Positions 49,040 through 57,949 of a stretch of DNA of 64,000 nt are shown here, piece by piece. Under the pieces are notes generated by a model. The model ran no database searches. It saw nothing but the letters and a program-made list of their open reading frames with translations, and was not told the DNA's origin. Numbering within the stretch: the first letter of the stretch is position 1; each line of letters starts with the position of its first letter. The DNA comes from an uncultured Actinomycetota bacterium (lineage in GTDB: Bacteria > Actinomycetota > Humimicrobiia > Humimicrobiales > Humimicrobiaceae), in contig CAZSXW010000004.1 in the NCBI GenBank assembly GCA_964610385.1, positions 21,452 to 85,451 on the forward strand, in the 5' to 3' direction. The position numbers were made by a program, and so were the translations under genes.

Positions 49040-50680
49040 ATGATCCAGTGGCCTAAAACAAATGATGCTCTTGGGACTGTAAACAGAGGAAATCCTGCAG
49101 AATCAGGATTATGTACACTCTGCCGTGCAGACTGCAAGGGAAAATGTGAAACATGGCTTTCAAGTCTTCGGGGAAGAGAACTTCTCTATCCTAGGGATTT
49201 CGGCCATGTAACAGCAGGAAGCGCAAATACATGCGCTATAGGAGTATGCTACAATTCGTTACGAATACAGGGATACCTTTATGGTGCAGATTATCTTCCA
49301 GACGGAGTCACAAACAGCACAGATGACTGTGTTTTTCCTAATGTTTCCATAGAAACACAATTTGGCAGAGAAGTTAAAACAAAATGCCGTATTCCTATTA
49401 TGACTGGAGCATTAGGCTCTACATTTATTGCTGCGAAGTACTGGGATTCTTTTGCCATAGGAGCTGCCTTATCTGGCTTTCCTATTGTAGTAGGTGAGAA
49501 TGTTGTTGGTGTAGACAAAGAAGCTGTTATAGAAAACGGAAAGATAAAGAACGCGCCTGAATTGGATAGAAGAGTAGAAACGTTTTTAAGATACTATGAC
49601 GGATACGGCGCCATTATAGTACAGATGAATGTTGAGGACGCAAGAAATGGTGTTGCACAGTACCTTATTGAAAAATACGGAGACAAAGTAATCATAGAAC
49701 TGAAATGGGGACAGGGAGCAAAAGTGATCGGCGGTGAAATCCAGGTTACCAATTTAGATTATGCAATTTTTCTAAAGAAACGGGGATACATAGTAGATCC
49801 CGATCCTGAAAAACCAGAAGTTCAGGAAGCATTCAAACACGGTGCAATAAAATCTATAGCAAGGCACAGCAGGCTCGGTTATACAAACCTTTCCAGCGTA
49901 AGTGCTGTTGAAGAAAATTTTATGAATGCCGTAAAAGACCTCAGGTCATCAGGATATAAACGAATATCATTAAAAACCGGTTCATATGGAATGGAAGCTC
50001 TGGCCATGTCAATTAAATATGCATCTGAAGCGAATCTTGATCTTCTAACTATTGACGGTTCCGGCGGAGGAACTGGTATGAGCCCGTGGAACATGATGGA
50101 AAGCTGGGGTGTTCCATCTATACTTCTGCATGCAAAAGCATATGAATATGCAAAACTGCTTGAATCCAAAGGCAAGACAGTCGTAAATATGGCCTTTGCA
50201 GGCGGTCTTGCAAAAGAAGACCAAATTTTTAAAGCTCTTGCTCTCGGTGCTCCATATGCAAAACTTATATGCATGGGGCGTTCTTTAATGATTCCGGGAT
50301 ACCTTGGTTCGAATATTGAAGGTGTAATTAATCCGTCCAAAAAGGAACAGCTCAATGGCAATTGGAATGATTTACCAAAGTCTGTAACCAATTACGGCTC
50401 TACTCCTGAAGAAATTTTTGCAGGATACTATGATATTCAGAAAAAGGTCGGTAAAGACGAGATGAAGAATATTCCGCTCGGTGCTATTGCTGTTTATACC
50501 TTATGCGACAAACTTGGTGCAGGATTACAACAGCTTATGGCGGGAAACAGAATCTTTAAAACTGAAGGTATTACGAGAAACGAGATTTTCTCAGCAAACA
50601 GGGAAACAGAGGCTGAAACAGGCATTCCATTTATTACTGATGTTCAGGACGAAATAGCAAAGGAAATCTTAAGTAAATAG
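49040..50680 (+). CDS. Archaeal-type glutamate synthase large-subunit domain protein (FMN-binding GltS domain with an N-terminal Cys cluster)
   Basis: 546 aa with an N-terminal CTLCRADCKGKC Cys cluster and a GltS FMN-domain signature (IDGSGGGTGMSP, comparable to DGGTGASP). Confidence 0.6.
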   Translation: MIQWPKTNDALGTVNRGNPAESGLCTLCRADCKGKCETWLSSLRGRELLYPRDFGHVTAGSANTCAIGVCYNSLRIQGYLYGADYLPDGVTNSTDDCVFPNVSIETQFGREVKTKCRIPIMTGALGSTFIAAKYWDSFAIGAALSGFPIVVGENVVGVDKEAVIENGKIKNAPELDRRVETFLRYYDGYGAIIVQMNVEDARNGVAQYLIEKYGDKVIIELKWGQGAKVIGGEIQVTNLDYAIFLKKRGYIVDPDPEKPEVQEAFKHGAIKSIARHSRLGYTNLSSVSAVEENFMNAVKDLRSSGYKRISLKTGSYGMEALAMSIKYASEANLDLLTIDGSGGGTGMSPWNMMESWGVPSILLHAKAYEYAKLLESKGKTVVNMAFAGGLAKEDQIFKALALGAPYAKLICMGRSLMIPGYLGSNIEGVINPSKKEQLNGNWNDLPKSVTNYGSTPEEIFAGYYDIQKKVGKDEMKNIPLGAIAVYTLCDKLGAGLQQLMAGNRIFKTEGITRNEIFSANRETEAETGIPFITDVQDEIAKEILSK

Positions 50681-50713
50681 TGTTTTTATCCGGGAGAGCT
50701 GCTGTTTCACCGG

Positions 50714-50953
50714 GTGATTTTGAATATTAATTCCCTAAAACATAATTACAGTATTATAGATGGGAAGCCCATGTATCCTATATACCTGATAAAGGAGCAC
50801 AGACGGTACACTATTATGGTCACTACAGTAATGCAACAAGGGGAAGATTTAAGAAAGAAGATAGCCAACCAGGTTATCACATTATGGCTGATAGGGATAC
50901 TAATATATAATTTTTTACTAAAAAAGATGAGCAGTATTCGAAGAGAAGGATAA
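50714..50953 (+). CDS. Possible small membrane protein (79 aa)
   Basis: An ORF with a C-terminal hydrophobic helix (ITLWLIGILIYNFLL). There is no homology or RBS support. Confidence 0.2.
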   Translation: MILNINSLKHNYSIIDGKPMYPIYLIKEHRRYTIMVTTVMQQGEDLRKKIANQVITLWLIGILIYNFLLKKMSSIRREG

Positions 50954-51004
50954 AAGGCCATATGCTAATCCATCTTTTAAATCAGTGGATTTATTAAAAT
51001 AAAA

Positions 51005-51034
51005 AGTTCTAAAAGCGTCCAATACGGGGAGCCA
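51005..51034 (+). repeat. Degenerate copy 1 of the tRNA-Asn 3' half (att-like): AGTTCTAAAAGCGTCCAATACGGGGAGCCA
   Basis: It is nearly identical to copy 2 and is similar to the tRNA T-arm and acceptor sequence GGTTCAAGTCCTACCCGGGGAGCCA (GTTC, GTCC and CGGGGAGCCA are conserved). Confidence 0.5.
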
Positions 51035-51507
51035 GTAAGTTTTACTTCAATAATTCTGGAATCTTAAATACTTCTTTTTATCGACAAATCTATCATTAAT
51101 ATATTTATGCAGCATGCTTGATATTAATGTCTGATAGGGATACCTTTAGTATTAACAAGAGATTTTATTTGCTCAAGATCATTATAATACATTTATAAAT
51201 CGGTTCGAAATTTCACAACCTGGTGCAGCCACCTATTTAGGACACCTAATCATTAAACAAATCCAGATATTTCCCTAACATAAAAATACAATTTTCCTAC
51301 TAAATCAATTCCCTATATACATATATGCATTGTTTAACACGCAACTCTTAAATTGTTTTAGAAAGGATAGTCCTGGTACCAGTTAGATATAAAAGAATCG
51401 GAGAAAGTTAACATGAAATTCATATTTATTTAACATGATTGTAACATTCATATACTATAATTAATTTTTCAGCTTAAAAATTTAAATATTACTTTGAAAG
51501 GACTCTA

Positions 51508-52746
51508 GTGGCTATTAGTAATGGGGATAATGCTTGGATGCTGGTTTCTGCAGCAATGGTAATGCTTATGACTCCTGGGTTGGCCTTTTTTTACGGAGGA
51601 ATGGTAAGAAGAAAAAATGCTATTTCCACAATAACGATGAGCTTTATGACACTGGGACTTATAAGTGTATTATGGGTTATTTTTGGATATAGTCTGGCAT
51701 TCGGAACGGACTTTGGAGGGGTTATTGGAGGTTTTGATTTTCTGATGCTCAGAAATGTCGGGCAGGAAGCCTCTGCTGTTTATGCAACTACGGTGCCCCA
51801 TCTTACTTTCATGGTCTTTCAGGGAATGTTTGCCATAATAACGGTAGCGCTTATTTCTGGTGCTGTAGTTGAGCGAATGAAATTTGCATCTATTTTAATA
51901 TTCTCTGTTCTATGGTTTTCGCTTGTTTATGTGCCTATAGCTCACTGGGTCTGGGGCGGAGGCTGGCTTGCAAACCTTGGAGTCCTTGATTTTGCAGGTG
52001 GTACTGCGGTCCATATAAATGCCGGTGTTTCAGCACTATCGCTTGCCATCTTATTAGGACCAAGGAAAGGATATGGTGGGTTGTCGGAAATGAGGCCCCA
52101 TAACGTTCCTTTTATTGTTATAGGAGCAGGCATTCTATGGTTTGGATGGTTTGGCTTCAATGCCGGCAGTGCATTGGCCTCTGGCGGACTTGCTTCAAGT
52201 GCTTTTGTGGCTACTAATGTTGCCGCAGCCGCAGCCGCGCTTACTTGGATGTTCCTGAGCTGGTTCTATCACAGACCGACGGCTTCCGGTATAGCCATAG
52301 GGGCTGTATCGGGACTCGTGGCAGTGACGCCTGCCGCCGGGTTTATCAGCCCTATATTCGGCTTACCTATCGGAATAGGCGCTTCAATAATCTGTTTTTA
52401 TATGATGAGACTTAGAAACAAGACAAGGATTGATGAATCGCTTGATGTATGGGCATGTCATGGAATGGCAGGCACATGGGGCTCAATTACGACTGGTGTA
52501 TTTGCGTCCATGGCAGTTAACCCAGCAGGAGCAGATGGGTTGATATATTCGGGAAGTTTCATTCTTTTAGCAAAACAATTCCTGGCAGTTATTGTAGTAT
52601 GGATCTTCTCTTTTGGAATGACATGGCTTATTGGTAAATTAATAGACGTGACGATAGGCCTCAGGGTCAGCTCTACCGAAGAAGCTATCGGACTTGATAT
52701 TTCACAGCATGGAGAAAAAGCATATACAAGAGAAGTGGATATTTAA
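51508..52746 (+). CDS. amt: Ammonium transporter (GTG start)
   Basis: 412 aa with 11 transmembrane helices and the Amt signature (DFAGGTAVHINAG). Confidence 0.9.
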   Translation: MAISNGDNAWMLVSAAMVMLMTPGLAFFYGGMVRRKNAISTITMSFMTLGLISVLWVIFGYSLAFGTDFGGVIGGFDFLMLRNVGQEASAVYATTVPHLTFMVFQGMFAIITVALISGAVVERMKFASILIFSVLWFSLVYVPIAHWVWGGGWLANLGVLDFAGGTAVHINAGVSALSLAILLGPRKGYGGLSEMRPHNVPFIVIGAGILWFGWFGFNAGSALASGGLASSAFVATNVAAAAAALTWMFLSWFYHRPTASGIAIGAVSGLVAVTPAAGFISPIFGLPIGIGASIICFYMMRLRNKTRIDESLDVWACHGMAGTWGSITTGVFASMAVNPAGADGLIYSGSFILLAKQFLAVIVVWIFSFGMTWLIGKLIDVTIGLRVSSTEEAIGLDISQHGEKAYTREVDI

Positions 52747-52747
52747 A

Positions 52748-53086
52748 ATGCAGAAGATAGAAGCCATAATAAAAGAAGATGCGTTTAACAGTATCAAGAA
52801 TGCCCTAGAAGAAGGTGGTTTTATTAGCATGACAGTCTGTAATGTTATAGGACGGGGTAAGCAAAAAGGCCTGGCATTAAAATGGAGGTCGTCCGAACAC
52901 AGAGTCGAATTTCTTCCAAAAGTTAAGATAGAACTTGTAGTCGACGACAAGGATCTTGATAGAGTCCTGGACATAATCTGCACAATAGCCAACACAGGAT
53001 CGGTTGGTGACGGGAAAATTTTTGTTATTCCAGTCGGTGAAGTTATAAGGATAAGGACTGGAGAACGAGGAGCGACTGCTATATAA
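52748..53086 (+). CDS. glnK: Nitrogen regulatory protein P-II
   Basis: 112 aa starting MQKIEAIIKE..., with a T-loop region (GRGKQKG). Its ATG lies 2 nt after the amt stop. Confidence 0.9.
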   Translation: MQKIEAIIKEDAFNSIKNALEEGGFISMTVCNVIGRGKQKGLALKWRSSEHRVEFLPKVKIELVVDDKDLDRVLDIICTIANTGSVGDGKIFVIPVGEVIRIRTGERGATAI

Positions 53087-53159
53087 GACTATCAGCGAGA
53101 GGACATCTATAGAAAGTGTAAGGAATTTCATGCAAAAAGGGTGTTAGAAATTAGGCCTG

Positions 53160-53197
53160 TTGTCTAAACCACCCGAAAAAGCGGTTTTCTTAGACAA
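53160..53197. repeat. Nested inverted repeat downstream of glnK (TTGTCTAA acc accc GAAAA agcgg TTTTC TTAGACAA); candidate terminator or protein-binding site
   Basis: Read directly from the sequence. Confidence 0.35.
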
Positions 53198-53395
53198 TAT
53201 TTATAAAAAACTTCTAACTAATATTATGTCTGGATCAGTTTTTGAGGAGAAGGGCAATTGTTAAATCTTTTAAAACTCAATTCAAGAATAAAAATATCTC
53301 CATTTAAGCTTAATGGTTTGGTTTTAACTTTGTCTCCAATGCCCTAAGATTTACATCATCTCATTATTTAATTTATGGTATATATTAGTGTCTAA

Positions 53396-53425
53396 AGTTC
53401 TAAAGGCGTCCAATACGGGGAGCCA
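53396..53425 (+). repeat. Degenerate copy 2 of the tRNA-Asn 3' half (att-like)
   Basis: AGTTCTAAAGGCGTCCAATACGGGGAGCCA matches copy 1 at 29 of 30 positions. Confidence 0.5.
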
Positions 53426-53593
53426 GAGATTTTTATTTGGCTTTCCCAAATTCCGGAGCAGCCAGCCCCCTAACAGTGGTAGGCCTTCATATCTTCCCAG
53501 TTGTAGAGTAGTCTTTGTAACAATTTATGTAAAAGATAGTCAAATATAATGGGAATTTAAAATATTTTTTATGTAAAGGATATAGTTGTTGAT

Positions 53594-54895
53594 ATGTCAC
53601 TAATAGATTTTTCAAGAAATAAGATTAAGAAACTATTTACTAAGGAAAGCAATATAGTACTTAAAAATAATGTTCCTGCTTACGAGAGTCTTGAATATAA
53701 GTTTGATGATATAGACGAATTCGGGCTTTATCTTCATGTTCCTTTTTGTAGGCAAATTTGCTCATATTGTCCTTATAATAAGGAGATTTATAAACCCGAA
53801 TTAGCAAAACTTTATACAAAGGCTGTAAAGAAGGAAATTGATTTCTATAGTACGCTTTTTAGTGGAAAGCCTGTAACATCATTCTATATTGGTGGCGGTA
53901 CTCCCACAACTATGCTTTACAGTGGGATTTCTGAGATTATAGAATATATATATAGAAATTTTAATATGCAGTGTGGTATACATATAGAAAGTCATCCTAA
54001 TGACTTAAATAATAATAATCTCAATACTATAAAATCTCTCGGCATAAAATACCTGAGTACAGGAGTAGAAGCTCTTGATGATAAATACCTAAATTTTCTT
54101 AATAGACCATATAATACTAAAGAAGTAAAGGAAGTAATTGAAAGAGTAGTCAGTAAAGGATTTAAATGTTTTAATGTAGACTTCATTTTTGCTTTACCTG
54201 ACCAGTCATATAGCGAGATAGAAAAGGCAGGCCATGAGTTAGTTAAAATGGGTGTGAATCAGGTAGCAGCTTATCCATTCTTTAAATTTCCATATACTAA
54301 AATGGGCGGAAATTCTGATGAAAGCAATTACAGTATATCAACAATATTTAGAAGACGTAAAATGTTAAGCATCCTCGAAAATATTTTCTATAATTCTGAT
54401 TTTGAGAGAACTTCTGTCTGGGCATTCACAAAAAAGGGAATATCAAAATATTGTTCTGTAACTGTGCCTCTTTATGTTGGCATTGGTGCTAGTGCTGGAA
54501 CATACCTAAAGGATATTTTTTATTTAAATACTTTCAATGTTTCTGAGTATACTACTGTTATGAATAGCGGAAAGCCACCAATTGCCTTATCGCTTGATCT
54601 TTCAAGAAACATGCAGATGGCATGGTGGTTTTACTGGAGAGTATATGAAACTAGATTTAAGAGAAGCGATTTTAAAAAAAGATTCGATGTGCAGTTTAAT
54701 AAAATATATGGAAAATATATTAAATTATTTTCTTTATTTGGTTTTATAAAAAACGATAATAAAGACCAAATAATTCTTTCAGATAGAGGTTCATACTGGT
54801 TGCATGCAGTTGAAGACCTGTTTTCATTAAACTATATAGGTAAGTTATGGGGAACTTCCAAACAAGAACCCTGGCCTAAAATGGTAGAATTGTAA
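53594..54895 (+). CDS. Radical SAM protein, HemN-like (oxygen-independent coproporphyrinogen-III oxidase family)
   Basis: A CxxxCxxC motif (CRQICSYC) and an HemN-type GGGTPT motif. GC is about 29%, lower than its neighbours. Confidence 0.7.
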   Translation: MSLIDFSRNKIKKLFTKESNIVLKNNVPAYESLEYKFDDIDEFGLYLHVPFCRQICSYCPYNKEIYKPELAKLYTKAVKKEIDFYSTLFSGKPVTSFYIGGGTPTTMLYSGISEIIEYIYRNFNMQCGIHIESHPNDLNNNNLNTIKSLGIKYLSTGVEALDDKYLNFLNRPYNTKEVKEVIERVVSKGFKCFNVDFIFALPDQSYSEIEKAGHELVKMGVNQVAAYPFFKFPYTKMGGNSDESNYSISTIFRRRKMLSILENIFYNSDFERTSVWAFTKKGISKYCSVTVPLYVGIGASAGTYLKDIFYLNTFNVSEYTTVMNSGKPPIALSLDLSRNMQMAWWFYWRVYETRFKRSDFKKRFDVQFNKIYGKYIKLFSLFGFIKNDNKDQIILSDRGSYWLHAVEDLFSLNYIGKLWGTSKQEPWPKMVEL

Positions 54896-54960
54896 TAGAA
54901 TTAAAAAGATGAAATTTGCTCCCATTTATCTTCAAAATTAGGAAGTTCATTAAAGTAAAA

Positions 54961-54990
54961 AGTTCGAAATGTATCTACTAAGGGGAGCCA
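54961..54990 (+). repeat. Degenerate copy 3 of the tRNA-Asn 3' half (att-like)
   Basis: AGTTCGAAATGTATCTACTAAGGGGAGCCA matches copy 1 at 23 of 30 positions. The left flank TTAAAGTAAAA also matches copy 1 (TTAAAATAAAA). Confidence 0.4.
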
Positions 54991-55045
54991 AACGATGTCT
55001 CTTCACCAACAAACGAGGTAACCCACTCTCTAATAATATTGTATT

Positions 55046-55128
55046 TTTACTTGACGAAGTAAAAAATAAGTATTATTATATCAATATACGATATAACGAG
55101 CTACGATATAACGTAAAACGATATAATA
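55046..55128 (+). promoter_or_regulatory. Promoter (TTGACG, 17-bp spacer, TATTAT) followed by three direct repeats of ACGATATAA(C/T)(G/A) at 15-bp period (55088, 55103, 55118); candidate operator of the PadR gene
   Basis: Read directly from the sequence. The repeats lie at the predicted transcription start of the PadR gene. Confidence 0.45.
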
Positions 55129-55137
55129 ATAGAAGTA

Positions 55138-55491
55138 TTGAAGCAGGAAATGATGGATATAAAAAAGATAAAAAAGTACTCTCCTCTTACGGAGACTACA
55201 TTCTATATCTTGATATCTCTTATTGAGCCTTTGCACGGGTATGGGATAATGCAGAAGGTAGAAAGACTGAGTAACGGCAGGGTTAAACTCGGGCCTGGGA
55301 CTCTTTATGGAGTACTTGGAAATCTTTTAGAGGCAAGAATGATAGAGTTAAAAGATGATAGCAGGATCAAAAGCAGGAGAAAGGTATATTGTATAAAGCA
55401 GCTTGGCATCGATATGATAAGGTTTGAACTGGACCGTCTTGAAGAGATGATTAAAAATGGCAAGTTCCTTCTTAATGAGAAAGGACAATGA
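55138..55491 (+). CDS. PadR-family transcriptional regulator
   Basis: 117 aa with a PadR wHTH (LHGYGIMQKV...GPGTLYGVLGNL). Confidence 0.85.
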   Translation: MKQEMMDIKKIKKYSPLTETTFYILISLIEPLHGYGIMQKVERLSNGRVKLGPGTLYGVLGNLLEARMIELKDDSRIKSRRKVYCIKQLGIDMIRFELDRLEEMIKNGKFLLNEKGQ

Positions 55492-56071
55492 TATGGATAA
55501 AAAAGAAACAAAAAAATTTATGAAGATATTCTTTGCCTGGAAGGAAGAAAGAGAAGCAAAGTGGCTATATGAGATGTCGAAAAAGGGTTGGCACCTTAAG
55601 GAAGTAGGATTATTTTGTTATACATTCCAAAAGGGTATACCACATGATTATACCTATAGATTCGATTTCAAAGTATTGAAAAAAGATGATATGGATGAAT
55701 ATACTGCCATATTTAAAGATGCAGGATGGGTATATATAGGAAGCATAGGATCCTGGCATTATTTCAGAACTGAAGGTGGAGTAGAGTTAGAGCCCGAATT
55801 ATATAATGACAACAGATCAAGAATAGAAAAGTATAAAAGGCTTCTTATTGTACTTGGTATAATATTCCTCCCAGTGATGATGTGGGGTCTGCCTAATCTG
55901 TATATGAGGATGATTGATATGGCCTCAGACAGCATACTCAATAATCCTGTTGTATTTAATATCTATTTGCCTTTTGTGGTCATCCTTACAATTGTGGAGG
56001 TCTTTGTACTCTACGGAATTATCAGGATTATTATAATAATAAACAAATTGAAAAAAGAGATCAGGGAATAG
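55457..56071 (+). CDS. PadR-associated membrane protein (DUF2812-like)
   Basis: 204 aa with two C-terminal transmembrane helices. The overlapping, co-directional arrangement with PadR is typical. Confidence 0.5.
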   Translation: MASSFLMRKDNDMDKKETKKFMKIFFAWKEEREAKWLYEMSKKGWHLKEVGLFCYTFQKGIPHDYTYRFDFKVLKKDDMDEYTAIFKDAGWVYIGSIGSWHYFRTEGGVELEPELYNDNRSRIEKYKRLLIVLGIIFLPVMMWGLPNLYMRMIDMASDSILNNPVVFNIYLPFVVILTIVEVFVLYGIIRIIIIINKLKKEIRE

Positions 56072-56238
56072 TAGAAATCTACTACATTCAAGCTTTTAAA
56101 TATAAATTAAAAATAGTTATAAATAATTAATAAATTTGAAAACCTGGATATAGTTGATAATAATTTATACGTTTATTTAAACCATATAATTAAAATATTA
56201 TATACTGTATTTTATTTTAATCCTGAGGAAGAGGTTTA

Positions 56239-56673
56239 ATGAAAAAAATAAAAGTATTATTTTTATGCGTACATAATTCTGCAAGAAGTCAAATGGCTGA
56301 AGCATATCTTAACAAATTTGGTGAGGGACAATTTAAAGCTGAAAGTGCAGGTTTTGAACCTGGGAAACTTAATCCTATTGCGGTTGATGTAATGAAAGAA
56401 GAGGGCATAGACATATCAGATAACAGGATTGATAGCGTATATGAATTTTTTAAACAGCGAAGGTTTTATGGTTATGTGATTACAGTCTGTGATACTGCCA
56501 ATAATCAAAAATGTCCGATCTTTCCCGGTGTCCCAAAACGGATTCACTGGAATATAGAAGACCTTTCCTCTTTTAAAGGTAGTTATGAAAAAAAGCTTAA
56601 AAAAACAAGGATAGTTAGGGATGAAATTAAGAAAAGGGTGAAGGGATTCATAGAAGATGTAAAAAGTAAATAA
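56239..56673 (+). CDS. arsC: ArsC-family arsenate reductase / LMW phosphatase-like (thioredoxin-coupled type)
   Basis: LCVHNSARSQMAEA compares to the ArsC P-loop CTGNSCRSQMAEG. The Cys82 and Cys89 equivalents are present (VITVCDTANNQKCP). Confidence 0.6.
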   Translation: MKKIKVLFLCVHNSARSQMAEAYLNKFGEGQFKAESAGFEPGKLNPIAVDVMKEEGIDISDNRIDSVYEFFKQRRFYGYVITVCDTANNQKCPIFPGVPKRIHWNIEDLSSFKGSYEKKLKKTRIVRDEIKKRVKGFIEDVKSK

Positions 56674-56884
56674 ATAGTCTATCTTCCTATACATCAAATT
56701 TTGGATTTTCAATTTATAAAAGAAAGATTCCATTTGTCAAGTATTTCAATCTCCAATTTGGAATAATAGTAGATTAGAAGAAGCAATAACTTACCAGCTA
56801 TAATTTGTTTTCACTCTTGATATATAAACGTAATTGTTATATGATATATTAATTTTATATATATATAAAGGGGAGCGATGCAGT

Positions 56885-57805
56885 ATGAAAATAGCAGATG
56901 ATGTTACAAAGTTAATAGGCGGTACTCCATTAGTCAGGCTTAATAAATTAACTTCGGGAATAGAAAATACTATTATAGCTAAGTTGGAGTGTTTTAATCC
57001 TCTGTCCAGTGTCAAAGATAGAATTGGTATAAGTATGATCGAAGCTGCTGAAAAACAGGGGCTGATTAAGAAAGATACGATTATTCTGGAACCTACCAGT
57101 GGTAACACTGGAATTGCTCTGGCTTTTGTCTGCGCCACCAAAGGGTATAAGCTCATCCTTACCATGCCTGATACAATGAGCCTTGAACGAAGAGTTTTAC
57201 TAAAAGCCTTTGGAGCTGAATTAATCCTTACCCCGGGCAAAGAAGGTATGAGAGGTGCCGTTAGGAAAGCTGAAGGATTAGCAAAGGTCAACTCTCGGTA
57301 TTTTATACCTCAGCAATTTAAAAACCCGGCTAATCCAGAAATTCATCGTAAGACCACAGCTGGAGAGATTTGGGGAGACACAGATGGCAAAGTAGACATT
57401 TTAGTTGCTGGAGTAGGTACAGGAGGCACTATTACAGGAGTAGCTGAACTAATTAAAAAAAGAAAGCCTGTCTTCAAAGCAATCGCGGTTGAACCTGAAG
57501 ATTCACCGGTTCTTTCTGGTGGGGAGCCTGGATTGCACAGGATTCAAGGAATTGGTGCAGGGTTTGTGCCCGAGGTTTTAAGAACAGATTTAGTGGATGA
57601 GGTTATTCGGGTAACCTATAATGATGCTGCCGAAACTGCAAGAAGGTTGGCTAGGGAAGAAGGATTATTGGTCGGTATTTCTTCCGGTGCAGCAGCTTGG
57701 GCGGCAATAGAGGTCGGCAAAAGAAAAGAGAATAAAAACAAACTCATTGTTGTAGTTTTTCCGGATACGGGAGAAAGATATCTTTCAACGGATTTGTTTA
57801 AATAA
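56885..57805 (+). CDS. cysK: Cysteine synthase A (O-acetylserine sulfhydrylase)
   Basis: 306 aa with a PLP-lysine region (SVKDR) and GNTG. The RBS AAAGGGGAG lies upstream. Confidence 0.9.
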   Translation: MKIADDVTKLIGGTPLVRLNKLTSGIENTIIAKLECFNPLSSVKDRIGISMIEAAEKQGLIKKDTIILEPTSGNTGIALAFVCATKGYKLILTMPDTMSLERRVLLKAFGAELILTPGKEGMRGAVRKAEGLAKVNSRYFIPQQFKNPANPEIHRKTTAGEIWGDTDGKVDILVAGVGTGGTITGVAELIKKRKPVFKAIAVEPEDSPVLSGGEPGLHRIQGIGAGFVPEVLRTDLVDEVIRVTYNDAAETARRLAREEGLLVGISSGAAAWAAIEVGKRKENKNKLIVVVFPDTGERYLSTDLFK

Positions 57806-57838
57806 AGCTTAAAATTTCTTACCTTTAGAAGGTGGGTG

Positions 57839-57922
57839 ATGGCGATGATATGGATTATGCAATTGCCCTTAAGAGGGCAGAGCTTATTAAAGAAGAATGA
57901 CTTTTTAGAAAATTTAAAATGA
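57839..57922 (+). CDS. Candidate 27-aa upstream ORF (MAMIWIMQLPLRGQSLLKKNDFLENLK) preceding the DUF39 gene
   Basis: An SD-like AAGGTGG upstream and three Met in the first seven codons. An internal hairpin TGCCCTtaagAGGGCA is present. This call is speculative. Confidence 0.2.
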   Translation: MAMIWIMQLPLRGQSLLKKNDFLENLK

Positions 57923-57949
57923 GACGGTTATTAATTAGGAGGTGCTTAA

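Noticed and set aside
50985-53430. Sigma-54 promoter or integron attC interpretation of the repeated about 30-nt motif
   Set aside because: There is no GG-N10-GC spacing and no GTTRRRY core sites. The motif instead aligns to the tRNA-Asn 3' half.
56674-57949. S-box (SAM-I) riboswitch or T-box upstream of cysK or the DUF39 gene
   Set aside because: No SAM-I core motifs or T-box sequence are present. Only an SD and small hairpins appear.
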